DNA of 64,000 nt. Source: a virus. How positions within the stretch are numbered: the stretch's first letter is position 1; every line of letters starts with the position of its first letter. Below, piece by piece: positions 57,815 to 64,000 of this stretch. Location of the stretch: IMG/VR virus record IMGVR_UViG_3300045988_179014, positions 192,001-256,000 of that record; one strand, 5' to 3'. The position numbers were made by a program, and so were the translations under genes. The notes beneath the pieces were generated by a model. The model saw nothing but the letters and a program-made list of their open reading frames with translations. It had not been told where the DNA came from and made no database searches.

Positions 57815-58792
57815 TCAATTTGAGTATTTGTTGATAATGTTTTGTAACCTGCTGGTAGTGTTGCACAATTGTTTCCATATCACAGCTTTACCACGTTCTG
57901 AAATTGGCAGATTCAGCTTCATCATGGAATGTTTGAAAACCTCTACTACTGGAAGATACTTGATAGCTTGTTTTTTCGTTTTGTGTCTTCGTTCAGGAAT
58001 GTCATTGTTGTAAAGCCCTGTTGCGTTGTCAATGAAATCGCTTACTTTTACTAAAAATACTCCAGGATGATTTTCAATTGCTTTGGCCACGTGGTCGTGA
58101 TAACGCTTGTTCTTGACTTCTGTTGACATGCGTGATTTGTCCTGGTCTGCAATGTAATCATTTGTCACTGCATCCACCAAATGAAGAACACGAGGACCAT
58201 AAGCGTCATTGATGTGTTGACGTAATGTGTTTCGTGCTGTCAATTCATCACAATCAGTTACCCCGTGAAATTTGTCCATGAAAACTCTTGCCCCATCTTC
58301 AATTGTGTCATGAAGAACAGCAGCAACAATTACATCTTGGTCCTGTGCACCCAAACGTATCAAACGTACCGCATTACGTAGAGGATGTTCAATATAAGGC
58401 GTGGTCGCAAAGTTACCTCGATTGCCTCTGATTTGATGTGCATGCAGGATAGTAGCCAAATCTACTGACGAATCGACAATTTCAGCATTCAAGCCCAACA
58501 ATGCTGCTTCATGCCGTAATGTTTGAGCCAGTTGTGCCGCATCCAGTTTTTTCAAAGGTGTTTCACGTAACACTTGCGCTGAACGAGCACATAATTCTTC
58601 TGCACTTACACTAATTGAGGAATGGGGATGGTTTCGGGGCTTTTTTAATGTTGGAATCATTGAGTGGGCCATCATGGATTCATGGTTTTGTTTTGCAGCA
58701 TCAGCAGAATCACCATGAACCAGAGGACAATGACCTTCGCGAGCATCACAGCGAACAGATTTTCCCAATGTCTCGCTGAAATGGTACCTCAT
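57815..58792 (-). CDS. HCCH-like module fused to a RelA/SpoT-type HD domain ((p)ppGpp hydrolase-like small alarmone hydrolase)
   Basis: ILHAHQIRGNRGNFATTPYIEHPLRNAVRLI...VAAVLHDTIEDG...VLHLVDAVTND...LVKVSDFIDN follows SpoT hydrolase motifs (HPL..A, LHDxxEDT, GVTK, KLADRLHN). Confidence 0.65.
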   Translation of the reverse strand: MRYHFSETLGKSVRCDAREGHCPLVHGDSADAAKQNHESMMAHSMIPTLKKPRNHPHSSISVSAEELCARSAQVLRETPLKKLDAAQLAQTLRHEAALLGLNAEIVDSSVDLATILHAHQIRGNRGNFATTPYIEHPLRNAVRLIRLGAQDQDVIVAAVLHDTIEDGARVFMDKFHGVTDCDELTARNTLRQHINDAYGPRVLHLVDAVTNDYIADQDKSRMSTEVKNKRYHDHVAKAIENHPGVFLVKVSDFIDNATGLYNNDIPERRHKTKKQAIKYLPVVEVFKHSMMKLNLPISERGKAVIWKQLCNTTSRLQNIINKYSN

Positions 58793-58875
58793 GATACATC
58801 CCTTCCATTATCCCCATTGTTAGCTTTTGAATGGTTCTCTAACAGAAGATTATCATACTAAGACTATTTAAAAGT

Positions 58876-59352
58876 TCACCGAATGTTTTTAAGAGAGAAT
58901 ACACACCCATTCTCTTCACGTTTACCAACTAAAATCCCTACATTGGATGCATCCCCAGTACGCCATGTTGCTGCTTGCACAGACCCTTGAAAATCTCGCG
59001 TACAAATTGGAGCCTTTCCTTCCAAAAGCTTCAGATTCGTTACATTTGTTGCAGTTTCTATTGTGGCAATAATATTCTCGTGATTATTGGTTCTGTTGTA
59101 GTGTGTGGCCAGTATGTAACATAATATTGTAGCCATCAAAACTGGAACCACTACAAGAGCTTTGGCAAGCGAATCAGTTTTCTGGGTTGCTGAAAAACTC
59201 AAATTGAAATAATGCGCGGTTATTACCATGCCAACAACAAGCACTATGATTGTTAATCCAAACGGCCATAATGACAGATGGTTAAAAGGTACTGTGGTCA
59301 TCGTGGCATCACCATGATAGATAGATTCTTCACACTTGGTTGTCTCACACAA
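58876..59352 (-). CDS. Membrane protein, 158 aa (two TM)
   Basis: LTIIVLVVGMVITA and LVVVPVLMATILCYIL helices. Confidence 0.4.
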   Translation of the reverse strand: MCETTKCEESIYHGDATMTTVPFNHLSLWPFGLTIIVLVVGMVITAHYFNLSFSATQKTDSLAKALVVVPVLMATILCYILATHYNRTNNHENIIATIETATNVTNLKLLEGKAPICTRDFQGSVQAATWRTGDASNVGILVGKREENGCVFSLKNIR

Positions 59353-59516
59353 CGTCCATACTCAGTCAAATATGTGTTAAACAATGTAGTCAGGAAATCA
59401 ACTGCCTGTTCTGGTCTCATTCTTTGTCGTCCCTTTAGAATAACAACGACTCGGACCTGCTCCTTGGCTTTCAAAAATTTCTGGGCCTGTGCCATTTTTC
59501 TATGTAAATCGTTCAA
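59298..59516 (-). CDS. Translation initiation factor IF3 C-terminal-domain-like protein (72 aa)
   Basis: VRVVVILKGRQRMRPEQAVDFL...SIMVMPR parallels IF3-C ([20 protein letters not shown]...MIMVLAP). Overlaps the 3' end of the upstream gene by ~55 nt. Confidence 0.4.
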   Translation of the reverse strand: MNDLHRKMAQAQKFLKAKEQVRVVVILKGRQRMRPEQAVDFLTTLFNTYLTEYGRCVRQPSVKNLSIMVMPR

Positions 59517-59705
59517 CCCTATTTGAAGCGTGCATTGGATTGTTTTAATGATTTTCTCCTCTACTTGTGCTACTATAATATTGTTTCTACAGTTGTAATG
59601 TTATCATTATGCACATCTTGACAGAAACATGTCCCATACATGAATCATTCACAATAATAATTCAATACCATCTTTTATCTAGCAGTTTTCTTCTCATGTC
59701 TTACT

Positions 59706-60500
59706 TCAGTTTTCTATCACAGGTATTGGAGTAGTTGCATTAGGTGTTGGTGATGGGCTGGAAACAGGTGTAGGTGTTGCGGACGGAGACGGAACAGGTG
59801 TCAATTCTGTCTCGTCTGCTCGTTTCTTCGCTGTTTCTTCTGCTTGACGTTGCCGTTCCCTTGCCAAAGCTTCTTGACGTTCCCGCCTCGCTCTGTCCGC
59901 TTCACGTTGCGCATCTTTTCTTCTCTGTGCTGCAACAGAATCTTTAAGTTCTTCTGCCAAGTCGTCTTGTTTGGCTTTTTCAGTACTGTGAAGCGTTTTT
60001 TGCTGCTCATCCTGCGCAGCTTCATTGGTCTTGGTCTCATTCCATGTATCCAATGAATGCTTCAAATCCTCAAATTTAGGCTGAATGTCTGATATGGCTT
60101 GCAAAAACTTGTTTCTATTTGTAACCAATTCATCCATATTCGCTTCTGTAGACAATTCTGTATCCAAAAGGGAACGAAACACGCTAAGAGAGGTATGAAG
60201 GTTTGCTCGATTGGGAGTAATAATCTTACTGTCAGTATCTTTCAACAATTGGTCAGATTGTTCCACTAATTCTTGAAACATGTGACGAGTTTGTTGTTCT
60301 AATCGTTTAGCAGTGGCATGAATTGATTGAAGCGCATAAACGTAAGCTTGTTGTGATTCATGGTTGTGTTTTACCATCCCAGCTCCCACTATTCCGCTAA
60401 CGATGAAACCACACACAGCCATGAAAGCACTAGTTCCAACAACTGCCGTTTTCTTCTTTTTAGAAACTGATTGCCACCACCGTTTCATGTTCGTCCTCAC
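59706..60500 (-). CDS. Membrane-anchored coiled-coil protein with Pro/Thr/Ser-rich C-terminus
   Basis: TM AFMAVCGFIVSGIVGAGMV, coiled-coil middle, C-terminal PVPSPSATPTPVSSPSPTP. Confidence 0.4.
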   Translation of the reverse strand: MRTNMKRWWQSVSKKKKTAVVGTSAFMAVCGFIVSGIVGAGMVKHNHESQQAYVYALQSIHATAKRLEQQTRHMFQELVEQSDQLLKDTDSKIITPNRANLHTSLSVFRSLLDTELSTEANMDELVTNRNKFLQAISDIQPKFEDLKHSLDTWNETKTNEAAQDEQQKTLHSTEKAKQDDLAEELKDSVAAQRRKDAQREADRARRERQEALARERQRQAEETAKKRADETELTPVPSPSATPTPVSSPSPTPNATTPIPVIEN

Positions 60501-60749
60501 ATTTTCTCATGAATGAAACACTGTACTCTGCTATCATATTAGATTACCACAACAGTATCATTCAGCTTAGTTGTCGAGTTACTACCAAAACCAATATTTT
60601 CGCACTCATATCAGTATTCAAACCATAAATCAACAATGAACACACTTTAAAGAGATAGCGCCTAATATTATATTATGTGTTATGGAATGTTTGTTTGCAT
60701 TGGATTCAAAATTCACAGGTTGGTTGACAACAAATGATAGGATGATGAC

Positions 60750-61397
60750 ATGACTGGATTCAACGAGATATACATTTCTGTGGACATTGAAGCAACGGGG
60801 CCGATTCCTGGTCTTTACTCCATGTCATCTATTGGTGCCTTTACAGCCGGCGCAAGAACCTGTGATGGAACATTTGTACATTTCGACCATACAGAGACCA
60901 ATAATGTTTTCTATGCTGAGTTACAGCCAATCTCTGAGCATTATATTCCTGATGCTATAAATGTGGGTATTTTGGACGGATTTGACAATAGTAGACCAGA
61001 TATGGACGGTTCACGACATTTTCAGTGGATGAAAGAACATGGAGACGACCCAGCTGATGTTATGTCTGGTTTTGTCACATGGGTGATTGAACAAGAAAAA
61101 CACTACAAAGCTCCATCTGTTTTCATGGCTTATCCAGCATCATTTGACTGGACTTTCGTGTATTGGTACATGATTCGATTTGGAGTCGAATCGCCTTTCG
61201 GTTTTTCCCGAGTACTGGATTTGAAAACATTGTTCGCAGCCAAGTCGCACAAACCAATCAGAAAGAGTATAAAACGGTACATGCCAAAAAGTTTGTTCCC
61301 AAAGCTGCTGCATACTCACAGAGCTGACGATGACGCCATTGAGCAAGGTGTGTTAGGCATCAATCTGCTTCAGTGGGACGGGAAACAGCCATCATGA
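60750..61397 (+). CDS. DEDD-family 3'-5' exonuclease (Rv2179c/KapD-like)
   Basis: ISVDIEATGPIPG (Exo I); acidic/His residues near the C-terminus (HRADDDA). Confidence 0.45.
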   Translation: MTGFNEIYISVDIEATGPIPGLYSMSSIGAFTAGARTCDGTFVHFDHTETNNVFYAELQPISEHYIPDAINVGILDGFDNSRPDMDGSRHFQWMKEHGDDPADVMSGFVTWVIEQEKHYKAPSVFMAYPASFDWTFVYWYMIRFGVESPFGFSRVLDLKTLFAAKSHKPIRKSIKRYMPKSLFPKLLHTHRADDDAIEQGVLGINLLQWDGKQPS

Positions 61398-61452
61398 CCA
61401 TAAACGACGACAAAAGCCAATAACCTTGAATGTATCAGTGTGTAATGTTTCA

Positions 61453-62016
61453 TTATGGATACACAATGACAGAGGTGACAAAGCTCCAAGGAACATACTG
61501 GGTTAGAATCACATCATTCAAGGTTTTGTAAAACTTCAATCCTGCTGCTTGCATTGCATTACCATCAATGCTCAGTACAACAGGTATGCTCTTATGTTGA
61601 CGGGCAGCAGATAATGCTATTTTCTCATCTGATGACAAATGCACAAACAGTCGTGAACCAGGAACAATACCCCATTCACGGATAGTGCCTACTTTTGATG
61701 CTGTGGTGCCATGATAAATAGTTCCAGGATTGTCAACTGAATCTAATTCTATGGTTATTGGAATAGAATGTCCTTCAGTAGCCCAAACACGACCATTAAC
61801 AACAGCATAATGACCACTGCTATCTTCATCAACAATTTTATGAATCATGCTTTCAGAAGTGTTCAATGCTTTGGCTAAATCTGTAACTTCAACTGAACCA
61901 TCCTGGTGCATATCAACTTGATACTGTTCAGGAGCATGACATAGGGCCTGATTCATTTGTTGGGACAATTCAGTCAATTCCATGTCTCTCCTCAATTCCT
62001 CGATATCATTGTTCAA
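61453..62016 (-). CDS. kptA: RNA 2'-phosphotransferase Tpt1/KptA
   Basis: IYHGTTASKVGTIREWGIVPGSRLFVHLSSDEKIALSAARQHKSIPVVLSIDGNAMQAAGLKFYKTLNDVILT is collinear with E. coli KptA (LYHGT ... HYVHLSADE..A..VG.RHG.PVIL.V ... GV.LT). Confidence 0.8.
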   Translation of the reverse strand: MNNDIEELRRDMELTELSQQMNQALCHAPEQYQVDMHQDGSVEVTDLAKALNTSESMIHKIVDEDSSGHYAVVNGRVWATEGHSIPITIELDSVDNPGTIYHGTTASKVGTIREWGIVPGSRLFVHLSSDEKIALSAARQHKSIPVVLSIDGNAMQAAGLKFYKTLNDVILTQYVPWSFVTSVIVYP

Positions 62017-62141
62017 TATCCTATTCTGAACACTTGACTTGTTCGTATGGAATTGCCCCCATAGTCCAATTCAGTGATGAAGAGCCATTGTGTTTTTCGT
62101 ATTTGTGTATCTATGAACTCATCACAATAGAACAGGAATTT

Positions 62142-63467
62142 TCACGTTTTCAAGACTTCTCGAAGTGCCTTCAACATTGCAGGGGCTTTCCTCGGTTTTG
62201 TGCGTTGTTCTGGCGCATCAACCAGACTAATCAACAATGAGGGAGGCAAAGTGAAATCCATTTTTTCTTGTACAGCTTTCTGCCAATCAGTAAGTGTAGG
62301 AAGAGCATCATCATATTCCATTGCTATATCACCCAAACAGTGAATCAAATCAATGAAATCATTGGTTCCCAAATGTTGAACAGCTTCTTCAAAGAAACTA
62401 ATGGTTGCATGATAATTTCCTGTATTGGAGAAAGCGCTTCTATTTGCTAATACATAGATGAAAAGCATTACGTCTTGTGCTTTTAGTTCTAGTTCGGCTA
62501 CATGACGAATAATGGATTGTATGCGTGCTGTGCTTACTTGGTTGATTGTGACACGATTTATTTCATCAGTCATTTGTTTTGAACACATGTTTCGAATACA
62601 AGCTTCCATTATTGACGTTGCTTCCAACTTCGGAATTTGTACTATTGGGGTACGTGCAACAGCATCACGATACAAAAGTCTAAGTTCTTCCATCACTGTT
62701 GCAGAAGATGGCATCTTTTCTTCAACGCCGTCATGCAACCAAGCAATCATCATTTCCAGTTTATGGCTGAATGAGGATTTGACTGTACCTTGATACCAAG
62801 ATTTAGGCCCTTCAAACAGGGTTTTCATATCTTGGCGAGTCAAACTCTCAATGTTTGTATGGTCTTTCTTTTTGAGCCACCCATGATGAATTATTTGTGG
62901 ATATATGGGACTATAATAACTATTCCTACTGAAATTGAATGATTTAGCTAATTGTTCAGTATGTGGAAACAATTGAATATTGAACGATTGAAAATCCTCG
63001 TATATTCGGTCCCAATGCTCATCCAAATAATCCTTGTATGTTCGCTCCATCACGGTGGTAGACAAAAACTCATTCAAAGCAATAAACGAGAAAATCGGAA
63101 ATTCGTCGTAGTCGCTGCTGGCGTATTTGTTGAAGAAATACATTCCCACATCATGATTTTTTACACGTTCTATCACAAATTTTCTAATTGTTTCAGCAAA
63201 AGTCTGTTCAGATGCCCAAGTATTATTGAATTTGCCTGTTTTCCACATTCTCTTCAAAAACGAGAATGTGATAGGTCCCATTGTGTGGTAGGAATAAGGG
63301 ACTCCCACTTGTGCTAACTTCAAAGTTTCTGGTACCAGTACAATAGAATCGTAACGCTCTATGTTTTGACCCATTGCTCTCAAAGTCAAATAATACTTGT
63401 CTCGTTCATCTTCGGAAAGGTATTGAACCTCTTTCGAAGGCATGAACTTCAGGGATTTAGTTCTCAT
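62142..63467 (-). CDS. Hypothetical protein, 441 aa; C-terminal region paralogous to the next gene
   Basis: MEYDDALPTLTDWQKAVQEKMDFTLPPSLLISLVD vs MTYDGPLCTIEDWKNYVNIEGADFSLEPSLLFQIMT in 63601-63957. Confidence 0.4.
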   Translation of the reverse strand: MRTKSLKFMPSKEVQYLSEDERDKYYLTLRAMGQNIERYDSIVLVPETLKLAQVGVPYSYHTMGPITFSFLKRMWKTGKFNNTWASEQTFAETIRKFVIERVKNHDVGMYFFNKYASSDYDEFPIFSFIALNEFLSTTVMERTYKDYLDEHWDRIYEDFQSFNIQLFPHTEQLAKSFNFSRNSYYSPIYPQIIHHGWLKKKDHTNIESLTRQDMKTLFEGPKSWYQGTVKSSFSHKLEMMIAWLHDGVEEKMPSSATVMEELRLLYRDAVARTPIVQIPKLEATSIMEACIRNMCSKQMTDEINRVTINQVSTARIQSIIRHVAELELKAQDVMLFIYVLANRSAFSNTGNYHATISFFEEAVQHLGTNDFIDLIHCLGDIAMEYDDALPTLTDWQKAVQEKMDFTLPPSLLISLVDAPEQRTKPRKAPAMLKALREVLKT

Positions 63468-63600
63468 ACCTACATGCTTTCATTTAATAGCGACCAAAAC
63501 ACAAGTGTTAAAACTTTGGATTAATTATACAATAAAACCTAAACAGGGGACAACTATGAATAAATCTACTGTTGTAATTGTTATTACATTGCGTAATCTG

Positions 63601-63957
63601 TTAAAATGTCTGATACAAACGCCTGTATTCTGTTAGAACACTACAATTTGCCCTACGTTTGTCTGTTTCATCAATTGTTTCAGATGTCATAATCTGAAAC
63701 AATAGTGATGGCTCCAATGAAAAATCTGCGCCCTCTATGTTGACATAATTCTTCCAATCCTCAATTGTACAAAGAGGTCCATCATATGTCATGTAAACAC
63801 GGTGAATGAATCGAACCAACTCCACTTGATGCGGGTCTTTCTCAAGCAGAGTATGAAACAAATCCAATACGTCTTGTAAGCTAGCCATCTCACCATCAAC
63901 CAGAAGGCTTGGGTGAAGAACTGTAATCAGAAAAGACAACATTTCTGGTGGAGTCAA
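63601..63957 (-). CDS. Hypothetical protein, 118 aa, paralogous to the C-terminus of 62142-63467 (near the window edge)
   Basis: See above. Confidence 0.35.
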   Translation of the reverse strand: MTPPEMLSFLITVLHPSLLVDGEMASLQDVLDLFHTLLEKDPHQVELVRFIHRVYMTYDGPLCTIEDWKNYVNIEGADFSLEPSLLFQIMTSETIDETDKRRANCSVLTEYRRLYQTF

Positions 63958-64000
63958 TGATGTTTTTTCACGCCATAAAAACTCTGCTATTGCTTTGAAT

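Noticed and set aside
1-64000. CRISPR arrays, rRNA genes, capsid/tail/terminase genes
   Set aside because: No regularly spaced direct repeats, no rRNA-like conserved stretches, and no ORFs with recognisable structural-protein motifs were found. Absence here does not exclude them elsewhere in the element.

Overview
This 64 kb window is AT-rich, densely coding and almost entirely on the minus strand. It reads as the non-structural part of a large mobile element, most consistent with a jumbo phage; a phage-plasmid or megaplasmid cannot be excluded. No capsid, tail, terminase or integrase genes are visible. Five themes stand out. (1) 214-9391 is a conjugation/Tad-like module: two TadE-like pseudopilins, a MobC-type ribbon-helix-helix protein, a membrane-anchored DUF1524 nuclease, a TcpC-like membrane protein and a membrane-anchored FtsK/VirD4-like P-loop ATPase. 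(2) Replication and nucleotide metabolism genes: DnaG-type primase, a separate PrimPol-domain protein, a GyrB/T4 gp39-like type II topoisomerase subunit, a large GHKL ATPase, NrdH glutaredoxin, oligoribonuclease, dNMP kinase, 5'(3')-deoxyribonucleotidase, T4-like Pnkp, Tpt1/KptA and several DEDD exonucleases. (3) An NAD+/ADP-ribose block: a pncB - unknown - pncA - small ORF - NrtR-like Nudix operon, with an unusual CUA-anticodon (amber-suppressor-like) tRNA immediately downstream. (4) Three tandem paralogous C2/C3/iota-like mono-ADP-ribosyltransferases, followed by a small ORF and an ADP-ribosylglycohydrolase. (5) At least nine otherwise unrelated proteins share a ~45-residue N-terminal His/Cys (HCCH-like) module. 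Their C-terminal domains include a 2H phosphoesterase, a DnaQ-like exonuclease, a SpoT-like HD (p)ppGpp hydrolase, an ArdC-like antirestriction protein and a Rossmann methyltransferase. All calls come from motif reading of the six-frame ORF track and the DNA; no searches were run.
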